The position numbers were made by a program, and so were the translations under genes. The notes beneath the pieces are model-generated. The model ran no database searches and was not told the origin of the DNA. It saw only the letters and a list, made by a program, of their open reading frames with translations. This document shows, piece by piece, positions 51,621-61,805 of a DNA stretch of 64,000 nucleotides. The stretch covers positions 1,088,001 to 1,152,000 of the forward strand of contig OZ245020.1 in the NCBI GenBank assembly GCA_965223865.1. Reading direction: 5' to 3'. This DNA is from Nitrosarchaeum sp. (GTDB taxonomy: Archaea; Thermoproteota; Nitrososphaeria; Nitrososphaerales; Nitrosopumilaceae). The number at the start of each line of letters is the position of its first letter. Position 1 is the first letter of the stretch.

Positions 51621-53131
51621 ACATTAGAGTATTTGATACCACATTAAGAGATGGAGAACAGACCCCTGGAATTTCATTATCTCCAGATCAGAAACTATCA
51701 ATTGCAAAAAAACTTGATGAACTTGGTGTTGATGCAATCGAAGCAGGTTTCCCGGTAATTTCTGAAGGTGAACTAAAATCAGTTAAAATGATCACAGATG
51801 CAGGTTTATCCTGTGATATTTGTGGTTTGGCTCGAACAAACAAAAAAGATATTGATGCAGCAGTTGATGCAGGATTAAATTATATTCATACATTCATTGC
51901 AACTTCTGATATTCACTTGGAGTATAAACTAAAAATGACTCGTGATCAAGCCCTTGAAAAAGCAATAGATGCAGTTGAATATGGAAAATCTCGAGGACTT
52001 CAAATTGAATTTTCAGCAGAGGATGCAACCAGAACTGACAGGGAATTTCTTAAAAAAGTATTTGGCGAAGTTGCAAAAGCAGGTGCAGATAGGATTGATA
52101 TTCCTGACACTGTAGGATATTCTACTCCTGAATATATTGCTGAAATAACCAGAGATGCAATTAATGCAACAAAACTTCCCATTAGTGTTCATTGTCATAA
52201 TGACTTCGGTTTGGCAGTAGCTAATGCATTATCAGGTATACGAGCTGGTGCTCAATGCGCACATGTTACAATTAATGGAATAGGTGAGAGAGCAGGCAAT
52301 GCATCACTGGAAGAATTTGTAATGGCATTGAAATGTTTACCTTATGATCAAAAGTATGAAACAGGAATAAAATCTGAACTAATCTATGATGTCTCAAGAT
52401 TTGTATCAAAAATTGTAGGAATTCAGGTTCAGCCAAATAAAGCAATTGTAGGAGATAACGCATTTGGTCACGAGTCTGGTATTCATACTCACGGTGTTTT
52501 GAATAATCCTTTGACCTATGAGCCAATCAGTCCTGAATTGGTTGGAAGAAAAAGATGGCTTCAAGTAGGAAAGCATGCAGGCATTCATGGAATGAATGCA
52601 ATGCTTGAAGAGTATGGCATCAAACCAACCGATGATCAAGCAACACAAATTCTTGATAAAGTAAAGATACTAGGAGATCAAGGAAAACAAGTAACTGATA
52701 TAGAATTACTTTCAATCGCTAGTGATATTTTAGGTGAGCAGGGAATCAAACGAATCGTCCAATTAACTGGATTCTCTGTATCTACTGGAATAGGAACAAT
52801 GCCATATGCATTTGTTAAATTAAACATTGATGGAGAGGACTTTGTAGGAACTGACTACGGAGTTGGTCCTGTTGATGCAGCACTTAATGCCATTCAGAAA
52901 ATCACTGGAAAAATCTCTGAAATTAAAATAAAAGATTATGGATTGGCATCTATATCTGGTGGTTCTACTGCATTGTGTGAAGTAACAATTCGTGTAGAAG
53001 ATGCCCAAGGCAACAGTGTTTCAGCAAAATCTGTAGGTGAAGACATTGTCACAACCAGTGTTCAGGCAGTAATTGATGGTCTTAACAGAATAATGCTCAA
53101 AAAAATGTTAAAAGAAAAACAACTAACCTAA
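51617..53131 (+). CDS. leuA: 2-isopropylmalate (or citramalate) synthase
   Basis: DTTLRDGEQ, HCHND.G, GIGERAGN and HESGIH; C-terminal regulatory domain (GVGPVDA); leuA versus cimA not resolved. Confidence 0.85.
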   Translation: MNIRVFDTTLRDGEQTPGISLSPDQKLSIAKKLDELGVDAIEAGFPVISEGELKSVKMITDAGLSCDICGLARTNKKDIDAAVDAGLNYIHTFIATSDIHLEYKLKMTRDQALEKAIDAVEYGKSRGLQIEFSAEDATRTDREFLKKVFGEVAKAGADRIDIPDTVGYSTPEYIAEITRDAINATKLPISVHCHNDFGLAVANALSGIRAGAQCAHVTINGIGERAGNASLEEFVMALKCLPYDQKYETGIKSELIYDVSRFVSKIVGIQVQPNKAIVGDNAFGHESGIHTHGVLNNPLTYEPISPELVGRKRWLQVGKHAGIHGMNAMLEEYGIKPTDDQATQILDKVKILGDQGKQVTDIELLSIASDILGEQGIKRIVQLTGFSVSTGIGTMPYAFVKLNIDGEDFVGTDYGVGPVDAALNAIQKITGKISEIKIKDYGLASISGGSTALCEVTIRVEDAQGNSVSAKSVGEDIVTTSVQAVIDGLNRIMLKKMLKEKQLT

Positions 53132-53162
53132 TCCTAAAATTCCCTTACTTTGAGAGTCAATC

Positions 53163-54176
53163 ATGTACAAAATTTCTTTAATTACCGGTGATGGTATTGG
53201 TTCTGAATTATCTGAATCTGCTGAATCTGTTCTTAATACAATTAATGATAGATATGACTTGAAGTTTGAAATTTCAAAATTACTAGCTGGAGATATTGCT
53301 TTAAAAAAAACTGGAAAGGCATTACCTGATGAAACAGTAGATACAATCAAAAAATCAGATGCTTGCATGAAAGCCCCTGTTGGAGAGAGCGCAGCAGATG
53401 TAATCGTTGTTTTAAGAAGGATGCTTGATCTTTATGCTAACATTAGGCCTGCAAAGTCATATCCTCACATGCCTGCGTTACGAGATGATATTGATATGGT
53501 TATAGTGCGAGAAAACACTGAAGATCTTTACACTGGTAAAGAATTTAGATTGGGAAATGCAGCAGTTGCATTGAGAATAATTTCTGAAGATGCATCAAAG
53601 AGAATTGCAAGATATGCATTTGAATCAGCAAAACAACGCAACTCAAAGAATAAAGTCACATGTGTTCATAAATCAAACGTGATGAGAGTTACAGATGGAT
53701 TGTTTGCCAAATCTTGTGCAGAAATTTCAAAAGATTATCCCGATATTTCATTTGAAGAAATGTATGTTGATGCATGTGCAATGAATTTAATTCGTCAACC
53801 AGAGCAGTTTGATGTTATAGTTACTACGAATTTATTTGGGGATATCTTGTCTGATGAATCCTCTCAAGTAGTTGGAGGACTTGGAATGGCACCAGCTGCT
53901 AACATTGGTGATGAGTTTGCATTGTTTGAGCCTGTTCATGGTGCTGCATTTGATATTGCAGGACAAAACATTGCCAATCCTTCCTCATTTTTACTATCTA
54001 TCAAAATGATGCTTGACTGGCTTGGCTCAAAACATAATGACTCAAAATGTTTCGAAGTAGGACAAAAGTTAGAGAATACTATATTTGATTTGGTAAAATC
54101 TGGGGTTAAAACCAAAGACATTGGTGGTGATAAGACCACCAGTGAATTTACTAAACAGATTACTGATAATCTCTAA
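53163..54176 (+). CDS. leuB: Isopropylmalate/isocitrate dehydrogenase family (probably 3-isopropylmalate dehydrogenase)
   Basis: GDGIG, RENTE, HKSNV, NLFGDILSD and FEPVHGAAFDIAG..ANP; follows leuA. Confidence 0.75.
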   Translation: MYKISLITGDGIGSELSESAESVLNTINDRYDLKFEISKLLAGDIALKKTGKALPDETVDTIKKSDACMKAPVGESAADVIVVLRRMLDLYANIRPAKSYPHMPALRDDIDMVIVRENTEDLYTGKEFRLGNAAVALRIISEDASKRIARYAFESAKQRNSKNKVTCVHKSNVMRVTDGLFAKSCAEISKDYPDISFEEMYVDACAMNLIRQPEQFDVIVTTNLFGDILSDESSQVVGGLGMAPAANIGDEFALFEPVHGAAFDIAGQNIANPSSFLLSIKMMLDWLGSKHNDSKCFEVGQKLENTIFDLVKSGVKTKDIGGDKTTSEFTKQITDNL

Positions 54177-54226
54177 AAAGGGAAAGCCCTGATTTGTGCG
54201 TAGAAATACGACGCTTTTGTAAAGTT

Positions 54227-55546
54227 TTACAACAAAATTCTGTAGTAATCCATGTGCTCGGGATTAAACTGTTGATGATGCTTTACCTGTTCTGTTTTTT
54301 TCCTCTTTTCAATTAAGGTTCTCAACGAGAAACTGCTCAAGTACTTGAAATTTGCAGATTTTGCCTCTGAGATGAATAGATTTCGCAATTCGCCTCCACC
54401 TTGCAGGCCCCAATAACCTTGTTTGAGGGCAATCGGCTCTAGAAATATTGTGTTATTTCCCCCCCAACTGTCATCAGATAATTCAGATCTTAATGTATAT
54501 CTTTCAAGAGGACCGCCTCTTGCAAATCCGATAATATCTCCATGCTTACTATTTAATCTCAAGGTACACAAGATGGTTTTTGGATCCTTGCAAGAATCTG
54601 TAAAACCGATGCGTTGAAACTGAAGGGGTTTTGGTAGTTCATCATAAATGGTAAAGATAGTCTTGATGAACTCGCTTGATTTTTTTGTATTAATGGATTC
54701 AGTAGTGGGCACTAGTGTTAGATTTTCATAGACAATGGAGGCTTTGTTTTGCAACTCATGTTGTCGCAGTTTCATAAAGGAGATTACATTATTCATAAAG
54801 TTTTTTCTCAAAGGTGTTGGTAATGCGCACAAGATTCTCTCGGCCATTTCTGATTCGTTGTTAAGCAGATCCTCATAGTAGGCAACGGCTCTTCGTACTA
54901 TTAGCGATGGATGCCAAGCTGATGCATGTGCATTCATCTTTGCCATCTCCAAGGCTTTGGAAAAATCTCCCAGTGCATAACCACCAATCCTGTCTGAAAC
55001 CGAAAGAAACCATCCAAGATTCTTGTACCTCTCCTTTGCCTCTGGTTTATTTTTGGTAGCAAGTGACGATTGGAGGCACTGGTCTATCTGGCTCTCCGTC
55101 TCTTCTTTTACCTGACCTCTCCAAGGATACACTGTCCTGTAGACCAGCGATTTTATCAAGTTAAAATCAAGCTCTGCTTCTTCTATGAGTTTTTGGAATT
55201 CTTTGTTTTGTTCGACAAATTGAATTACATTTTCTTCGTGCGGCTTGTCTATATCCTTAAGTGGATCAAAATCGTGGATTAATGCCGCAACAAAAAGATG
55301 ACCTAACTCATCTGGCGTTATGTCATTTCTTTCATCTTTCCAACAGGCTGCCTTGAGGGTGACATAAGTCACCTCAAGCTCATGATCTATGTTATGATAT
55401 CCATAATAGTCAGAACCCAATCCCTGGGAGTTGAAAAGGTGAATAATATGATCCAGCATCCTTTTGTAGCAGTCTTGGTTTTCCACCTCGGATGACTCGA
55501 GCAGATCTAAAATGTCATCTCTTAGAGGATGATGAACCTCTTGCAA
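54227..55546 (-). CDS. HD-domain protein with GNAT-like C-terminal domain
   Basis: YHNIDH...AALIHDFD; C-terminal IIGFA.G, FLEPIAL..GYWG..GG..L; visibly GC-richer than its neighbours. Confidence 0.8.
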   Translation of the reverse strand: MQEVHHPLRDDILDLLESSEVENQDCYKRMLDHIIHLFNSQGLGSDYYGYHNIDHELEVTYVTLKAACWKDERNDITPDELGHLFVAALIHDFDPLKDIDKPHEENVIQFVEQNKEFQKLIEEAELDFNLIKSLVYRTVYPWRGQVKEETESQIDQCLQSSLATKNKPEAKERYKNLGWFLSVSDRIGGYALGDFSKALEMAKMNAHASAWHPSLIVRRAVAYYEDLLNNESEMAERILCALPTPLRKNFMNNVISFMKLRQHELQNKASIVYENLTLVPTTESINTKKSSEFIKTIFTIYDELPKPLQFQRIGFTDSCKDPKTILCTLRLNSKHGDIIGFARGGPLERYTLRSELSDDSWGGNNTIFLEPIALKQGYWGLQGGGELRNLFISEAKSANFKYLSSFSLRTLIEKRKKTEQVKHHQQFNPEHMDYYRILL

Positions 55547-55769
55547 TACATAATGTATTATTGGGATAATTATTAAAAATTTAATTCATAATCAATTTTT
55601 GAAGTATACAATCAATTTTTATTTGATAAATTACCTCACGTCATGCCGAAAGTTATATCACGTTTTCAGGCGTGAAAGGGGGCATCAACTCATTCATAAT
55701 TCCATCATCTATATTTTTCAATCCTTTCCCAACCAAAACTTCTTCCTATTTACATTCAAATTAATTTCT

Positions 55770-56132
55770 CTAGTCTCTTCTCTTTTTCAAATCCGAAGAT
55801 GGGGGATTTAATGACCAAAAGAATAATGCAAAACAGATTGGAATCATTATTAGTAATAATGCAACTAGCGTTATAGAGTAAAATCCCGGATCTAATCCCG
55901 GAAGAAATGGTCCTGGATATACTGCATAAAACCACAAAAATGATACAAAAACCAGAACAACTTTGTTCTTTTTTAGCAGTTTCTTCCAGCCTAATCTGCG
56001 TTTTTTAATATAGCATTCTTTGCATCTAGTTCTGTCATCTACCATACATGACGTACAACAGTTTTTATCACAAAAATAACAAATCCTGTCTCCAAATCCT
56101 GATCCACAGAAATCACATTTGTACATCACCAT
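55770..56132 (-). CDS. Zn-finger membrane protein
   Basis: Several CxxC pairs followed by two TM helices. Confidence 0.8.
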   Translation of the reverse strand: MVMYKCDFCGSGFGDRICYFCDKNCCTSCMVDDRTRCKECYIKKRRLGWKKLLKKNKVVLVFVSFLWFYAVYPGPFLPGLDPGFYSITLVALLLIMIPICFALFFWSLNPPSSDLKKRRD

Positions 56133-56207
56133 AGATCCTCTTCTTTGAATTTATCTTTTTTCAACTATTACTAATTTTTATTAATTGTATATTTTATCTA
56201 CTTGTTA

Positions 56208-56339
56208 ATGGCAGTATGTTGTATTTGCAAGATTAACGAGGGTTCACTGAAAATTAAAGATGGGAACCCAAAGTACAAGGGAAAACCTATTTGCAAAGAA
56301 TGCCAAGGCTATAGAAAATTATTACAAGAAACAAAATAA
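56208..56339 (+). CDS. 43-aa zinc-ribbon protein (missed by ORF track)
   Basis: MAVCCICKINEGSLKIKDGNPKYKGKPICKECQGYRKLLQETK; two CxxC. Confidence 0.7.
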   Translation: MAVCCICKINEGSLKIKDGNPKYKGKPICKECQGYRKLLQETK

Positions 56340-56340
56340 A

Positions 56341-56604
56341 TTAAGGATCTTTTGTCTTGTTTTTATTAGCCCATTCTTCATATGTTTTGATTAATTCATC
56401 CACGTCTTTGTCATTTTCAGAATATGTGATAATAACTCCAAACGTTCCTTTTTTATCATGTCCTCTTGCAAAATATCCCCAAAAAGAGTCTGGTAGTTTT
56501 TGAAAATTGTTTGAATCATGTGAAACTCCAATCAAATTATTTCCGATTACTTCTACTACTTTTTTTGCATCATCTTGTTCAATCATAATTTTGTGTAAAT
56601 ACAA
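56341..56604 (-). CDS. Hypothetical protein
   Basis: About 81-87-aa ORF immediately downstream of aspS. Confidence 0.7.
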   Translation of the reverse strand: MYLHKIMIEQDDAKKVVEVIGNNLIGVSHDSNNFQKLPDSFWGYFARGHDKKGTFGVIITYSENDKDVDELIKTYEEWANKNKTKDP

Positions 56605-56624
56605 TATAATAAAAATTTGAATTA

Positions 56625-57911
56625 CTATGGACTTAGTCTGTCTGGATCCCTTGGATACAAAACCACTTCACGGACATTATCAATCCCAATTAAGGTAGTC
56701 ATCAATCTATCTAGTCCCATCCCCCATCCTGAATGAGGAGGCATTCCCCAATCAAAGGCTTTTAGATGATCTGTAAATTGTGCAGGATCCAATCCTTGCT
56801 CTCTTAGTCTATCTTTTAACATCTCTGGATTATGTAGCCTTGTTCCTCCTGAGGATAACTCTAGATATCCATATTGTAAATCAAACGAGCGTGATAAGGT
56901 TGCATCTTCATCCTTTTCTCTAATGTAAAATGGTTTTAACTTCATTGGCCAATCAGTCAAAAAGAAAAATCCTGGATGATTCTTTCCGATTATTCTAAGA
57001 TGTGAATCCATCAAATCTTCTCCAAACTCCACTTTTTCTCCTTCTTGTTTTAGTTCTTCAATACACTGATTGTATGTAATTCTCTCAAATGGTGAGGATG
57101 GAACCTCTATGGTATGTCCAATTAGTTGTTGTTCCTTCTTACAATTCTCAGATGTAAACTTGTATACCTCCATTACAAGCAGTTCTAAGACATCCATCAC
57201 ATCATTATAATCCATAAATGCAGCTTCAATGTCTACACTGGTAAATTCACTTAGATGTCTGCCAGTATGGGATTTTTCAGCTCGATAAAAATTTGAAATC
57301 TCAAATACTCTTTCTAATCCTATTGTCATCTGTTCTTTGTAAAGCTGCGGACTTTGTGCAAGATATGCAGTTTTCCCAAAATATTCTAAAGAGAATAAAT
57401 TTGCCCCTCCTTCACTTGCACTGCCAATAATTTTTGGAGTTGTAATTTCTATGAATTTTTTTTCGGATAATGTTTTTCGAAGTGATGCTAAAACTTGATG
57501 TCTTAATTTGAAAATTGCTGCAGTCTTTTGATTTCGCATATCTAAGGCACGGTGATTCAATCTTGTATCTATATTACTCTCAACTCTACCAATTGGATCT
57601 ACTGGAAGAGGATGTATTGCTTTAGCTAATACGTCAATTTCTCCAGCCTTAATCTCAAAATCAAAATCACGTGCTTTTGTCTCTTGAACTATTCCCTTTA
57701 CGCTTATGACGCTTTGACGATTTAATTCTTCTAGGCTATCATTTAATTCTCCTTTTACAATTATCTGTGAAATTCCAGAAACATCTCTTAAGGTGATAAA
57801 TGTCATCTTTCCTAATTTTCTAAGATCTTCTATCCATCCTCCTAAAACTACTTCATTGCCTACATTTTCAGAGTTTAATTCTGAAATATCATGAGTCTTA
57901 ACAAATACCAA
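56625..57911 (-). CDS. aspS: Aspartyl-tRNA synthetase, archaeal type (probably non-discriminating)
   Basis: OB fold (GW...R..GK..F..LRD), SEGGA, LAQSPQLYKE, YRAEKS.T.RHL.EF and GMPPH.GWG.G.DR. Confidence 0.96.
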   Translation of the reverse strand: MVFVKTHDISELNSENVGNEVVLGGWIEDLRKLGKMTFITLRDVSGISQIIVKGELNDSLEELNRQSVISVKGIVQETKARDFDFEIKAGEIDVLAKAIHPLPVDPIGRVESNIDTRLNHRALDMRNQKTAAIFKLRHQVLASLRKTLSEKKFIEITTPKIIGSASEGGANLFSLEYFGKTAYLAQSPQLYKEQMTIGLERVFEISNFYRAEKSHTGRHLSEFTSVDIEAAFMDYNDVMDVLELLVMEVYKFTSENCKKEQQLIGHTIEVPSSPFERITYNQCIEELKQEGEKVEFGEDLMDSHLRIIGKNHPGFFFLTDWPMKLKPFYIREKDEDATLSRSFDLQYGYLELSSGGTRLHNPEMLKDRLREQGLDPAQFTDHLKAFDWGMPPHSGWGMGLDRLMTTLIGIDNVREVVLYPRDPDRLSP

Positions 57912-57916
57912 CTACT

Positions 57917-58432
57917 TCACGCTCTTTTATCTTCAAACTCTATCTCAATGTCAAGGTTTCGGGCACTTTTGACAATTTGTATGACCTTTTCTGTGTCAAT
58001 TGGAAATCTAGGAGTCCATTTTCCAGATACAACTGCTTTTGTTTTTTGAATTCCTCCTGGAGCCCATACTGAATTTATTGATAAAATTTTTGTTGGAAAG
58101 AATAAATCTTCGATAAATTTTTTGTCATTTTCTTCTGCTTCAACTATCCAAATTTTTCCATCAAACTGCTCTTGTATTAATCTGTAAAGCGTTCTACTTT
58201 TTCTTATGGTCATAATGTCATTTTTTGCTAATGATAACACATAATTTCCATCAAATTCTTTACAGGAAAAAAGAGTAAAATTATCAATATCTTGATTTGT
58301 TTTTGTTAGATTTGCTAGTTTTATTGATCCATCTACATCTGCTTTGCTAATGTTCCCTGATTCTACTTTTCCTTCGCATTGAGGACAAAGCACTGCATTT
58401 TTTGCATCAAAATTGCATATGGGGAGCTTCAT
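57917..58432 (-). CDS. NusA-like (KH-type) protein with N-terminal Cys motif
   Basis: MKLPIC.FD......LCPQC start typical of archaeal NusA-like paralogs. Confidence 0.7.
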   Translation of the reverse strand: MKLPICNFDAKNAVLCPQCEGKVESGNISKADVDGSIKLANLTKTNQDIDNFTLFSCKEFDGNYVLSLAKNDIMTIRKSRTLYRLIQEQFDGKIWIVEAEENDKKFIEDLFFPTKILSINSVWAPGGIQKTKAVVSGKWTPRFPIDTEKVIQIVKSARNLDIEIEFEDKRA

Positions 58433-58772
58433 ATTTAGTCGACTTTTTTAATTTCTGTTAAAGTTGTTTATATCCCTTAGTGCAGGAATTTATTGGTTTA
58501 ATGTATTATTACTTATCATTGCCTTTTTTCTTAACTTTGATGTTTTGATTTTTGATCGGTTTTTTTAATTTGAGTATTTTTTATCCAATTCATTTTTTTA
58601 TTCCTGAAATTCTTTCATTTGAAAACTCGATTTCTTTTTCTAGGTATAGTTTTGCACTTGTTCTCTCTTCTTTTGAGTCACTCGTTTATTACCATCTATA
58701 ATTTATTCCGTAAATCTAGTATGCTTCTACTTTTAGTGTAAAACAAAAATTCTACTAAAAATCTAAGAAATC

Positions 58773-59711
58773 ATGGCATTTTTGATTGTCAAAGATTTGT
58801 CTGTACAATATTTCACATCTAGAGGACCTGTTTATGCTGTAGAAGATGTTGATTTTGAACTTGACGATGGTGAGTCATTAGGAATTGCCGGAGAAAGTGC
58901 GTGTGGCAAAAGTACCTTAGGTCTATCTATAATGAGGATGCTTTCAGGTGGAATTGCTAAAGGGGAAATTCTCTTTGATGGAGAATCCTTGCTTGAATTA
59001 TCTGAATCTAAGTTTGATAATGAATACCGTTGGAAGAAAATTGCTATGATTTTTCAAGGTGCAATGAATTCACTTGATCCTGTTTTTACCGTAAACGATC
59101 AATTCATAGAAGTTCTAAAACAACACAACTTTAATGGAGATTTTAAAAAAGCAATATCTGATGCCATAAAATCGGTGAGCTTAGATAATTTGGTCCTCAA
59201 AAAATATCCTCACGAATTGAGTGGAGGAATGAAGCAGAGAATTATAATTGCAATGGCTCTTCTGTTAAAACCCAAATTCGTAATTGCAGATGAACCTACT
59301 ACAGCTCTGGATGTTCTTATCCAGGCACAGATTGTAAATTTATTAAAAAAACTAAAAAAAGATGGAATGTCATTTTTTTTAATTAGTCATGATTTAGCAA
59401 TATTGTCTGAAATCGCAGATAAAATAGGAATAATGTATGGTGGTCAATTAGTAGAATTTGGTTCTTCTCAAGAAATTTACAAAAATCCCAAACATCCATA
59501 CACAAAAGGACTTTTAGAATCTATACCCAGACTAAGGGGTACTGTTCCAAAACACATCAAGGGAAATCCTCCAAGCCTTTTAGAATTTCCAACCCAATGT
59601 AGATTTATTGATAGGTGCCCCCTTGCAATTGAAAAATGCCATAATGTTCCTCCAAAGATTAAAACTAAAACTGGATATGTTCAGTGTTGGCTTTATGAGG
59701 ATGAAAATTAG
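58773..59711 (+). CDS. Oligopeptide/dipeptide ABC transporter ATP-binding subunit (DppD/OppD-like)
   Basis: GESACGKS, YPHELSGGMKQR, ADEPTTALD, P.HPYT and C-terminal CRF..RC..A...C. Confidence 0.93.
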   Translation: MAFLIVKDLSVQYFTSRGPVYAVEDVDFELDDGESLGIAGESACGKSTLGLSIMRMLSGGIAKGEILFDGESLLELSESKFDNEYRWKKIAMIFQGAMNSLDPVFTVNDQFIEVLKQHNFNGDFKKAISDAIKSVSLDNLVLKKYPHELSGGMKQRIIIAMALLLKPKFVIADEPTTALDVLIQAQIVNLLKKLKKDGMSFFLISHDLAILSEIADKIGIMYGGQLVEFGSSQEIYKNPKHPYTKGLLESIPRLRGTVPKHIKGNPPSLLEFPTQCRFIDRCPLAIEKCHNVPPKIKTKTGYVQCWLYEDEN

Positions 59712-59721
59712 TCTGTTGTTT

Positions 59722-60006
59722 TTAATCATTTAGATATTTTTTGTCGATTTGTTCTAGATACCTTTCTTGAATTTCTGAAATTTCTCTTTCAGTTGTATTC
59801 CTACAAATTATCTTTGCGTATTTTATCAATTCAGGATTAATTTCCTTTTTTTCCAATTCTTCAATTTTCTGAAATATTTTTCTCTCAAATTCCATCATTT
59901 TTCTTAACTTTTGACTTAATTCTTCAATATCCATTTCGTGATAATTCTTTGATGAGATTTGATTGATTTCATCTATGATATGCTGAATTTGTTCAATTTC
60001 TTTCAT
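59722..60006 (-). CDS. Hypothetical helical protein
   Basis: 94-aa charged ORF; no motif. Confidence 0.65.
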   Translation of the reverse strand: MKEIEQIQHIIDEINQISSKNYHEMDIEELSQKLRKMMEFERKIFQKIEELEKKEINPELIKYAKIICRNTTEREISEIQERYLEQIDKKYLND

Positions 60007-60143
60007 TGCTTTTCATCCTTCATAGAAATAAAACTATGATTTACTTTGATTCTCTTTTTTATGTTCTAAAATATGCTTTAATCCTTCTGTCATGCTAAGA
60101 GAATCCAAATTTATTTCACAGTAAGGGCATTTCAAGATGTGTT

Positions 60144-60521
60144 CTAGTCTGAGTATTTTTTTACGATTGGCAAACAAGAGTCGATAATTCTTAGCATCTC
60201 TGTTCTGATTACTTTTTTATCAATTGAAATCCAAATTCGTATTTTTTTTATGGCAAATGATATTGTTTGAACCTTTTTTCGTTCTTCCCATACAAATTCC
60301 ACTTCTCCAAGATTTTTGTCAAAAAAGCCTTCAAGATCTGTCTTCATTGCAATATGTGAGAATTGGTATTGAGTATTCTTTGCATTGAGGAGTGGTTTTA
60401 AGTCTGGCCTCCTTCGATAAGCTTTGAGCTCTCCTCCTTTGCCAACTACTCCTACAAATCTAATGTATGGACTAATTGATGAAATAGAGTCACATATTGC
60501 TTGATAGTCTTTTTTTATCAT
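60144..60521 (-). CDS. Roadblock/profilin-like thaumarchaeal protein
   Basis: C..I..I...IRFVGV....G.L and LGEV.F....R.KV..ISF pattern. Confidence 0.65.
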   Translation of the reverse strand: MIKKDYQAICDSISSISPYIRFVGVVGKGGELKAYRRRPDLKPLLNAKNTQYQFSHIAMKTDLEGFFDKNLGEVEFVWEERKKVQTISFAIKKIRIWISIDKKVIRTEMLRIIDSCLPIVKKYSD

Positions 60522-60609
60522 TTGCCTTTGTTGTAAAAATATTATATTTTAATGATGTGTGACTGATTTTCTCGGTTTAGTTAAATATCGCTTTTTGTCT
60601 GTTTGAGTA

Positions 60610-61242
60610 GTGGATTTTTCAGATCTATTTCCATTTGCTCCGGAGGTGGGTTATCTCGGTTTAGGTCTTGTGAACTTTTTTGGCTCATTAGTTCCGTTTG
60701 TTCCATTGCCTGGATTTCTTTTGTTGGCAACAATGTCAGTTGGAGATCAATTTGATATTCATATTTTAGCTCTACTATCTGCAATAACTGCAACTGTTGC
60801 CAAACAAATTATCTTCTATGTCAGCTATGGTGGTCGACGTATTATTAATGAAAAAACTAGAAAAAGAATGCGTCCTTTTGAGCGTCTTGTAAAGAGATAT
60901 GGTGCAGGAGCAGCATTTTTTGCTGCAGCAACCCCAATTCCAGATGATTTAGTATATGTTCCACTGGGTCTAGCAAAATACAATCCAAAAAGATTTTTCA
61001 TTGCCACTTTGACTGGAAAGCTTGTTCTAAGTTATACTATTGTTTTAATTTCTCACAATTTGGGAATCTCGCTAATTGAACCTTTTCTGGAAGATGTGGA
61101 TGATACCACTCCGGTATACATTGGAATTATTGTTTTTGGGGCAATGATGGCCTCAGTTGTGATATTGTTATTGAGATTGGATTGGCAGAAAATCCTAGGT
61201 AGGTTTGCCCCTTGGACATTAGATGAAAATAACGACGATTAA
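60610..61242 (+). CDS. DedA/VTT (SNARE-associated) membrane protein
   Basis: FFAAATPIPDD...PLG.......F......GK motif; multiple TM segments. Confidence 0.88.
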   Translation: MDFSDLFPFAPEVGYLGLGLVNFFGSLVPFVPLPGFLLLATMSVGDQFDIHILALLSAITATVAKQIIFYVSYGGRRIINEKTRKRMRPFERLVKRYGAGAAFFAAATPIPDDLVYVPLGLAKYNPKRFFIATLTGKLVLSYTIVLISHNLGISLIEPFLEDVDDTTPVYIGIIVFGAMMASVVILLLRLDWQKILGRFAPWTLDENNDD

Positions 61243-61805
61243 GTTTCTAATTTAAAATTCCACTTATTTTCAGTTGCTTCTTTAATTCCTATTCTAGGAT
61301 TGGCTTTGATGTATTTTGGTTTTTTAAAACCTTCTGTAATGAATAGTTCTCCTTTTTGGGTTAGGTCTAAACCATAATGTTCTTTGGTGATGTTTAATGC
61401 CTGTGTTAGTTTTGCAGGGCCATTTGTAAGATTTTTCAGATCTTCTATTTTTCTATTTTTTCTCATAATCTCGATTCCTTCTAGGGGTTCTACTGCACGA
61501 ATCAGAACTGCACCTGCATCAAATTTTGAATTTCTTGCAACTACGTTAAAACAATAATACATTCCATAGGTAAAATAGACATACGCCCTTCCAACTTCTT
61601 CGAACATAGCTCGGTTTCTATCTGTCTTTCTTCTATGAGCATGGCTTGCAGGATCATCTTTATGTCTATATGCTTCTGTCTCTGTAATTATTCCTGAAAT
61701 TTTTTTATTGCCAATCTTTCTTACTATCTTTTTACCCAGCAGGTGTTTTGCTACTGTAACAGTATCCTGTAGATAGAACGTTCTAGGAAGTATATTCAAT
61801 GTCAA
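61239..61805 (-). CDS. mpg: 3-methyladenine DNA glycosylase (AAG/MPG type)
   Basis: VA..LLGK, I.ETEAY...D.ASH, YVY.TYGM, AVLIRA.EP, NGP.KL and PRIGI motifs. Confidence 0.95.
   Translation of the reverse strand: MTLNILPRTFYLQDTVTVAKHLLGKKIVRKIGNKKISGIITETEAYRHKDDPASHAHRRKTDRNRAMFEEVGRAYVYFTYGMYYCFNVVARNSKFDAGAVLIRAVEPLEGIEIMRKNRKIEDLKNLTNGPAKLTQALNITKEHYGLDLTQKGELFITEGFKKPKYIKANPRIGIKEATENKWNFKLET

Noticed and set aside
58470-58700. Lys-rich minus-strand stretch resembling a decayed gene
   Set aside because: Stops in the frames I translated and no recognisable motif; cannot be supported
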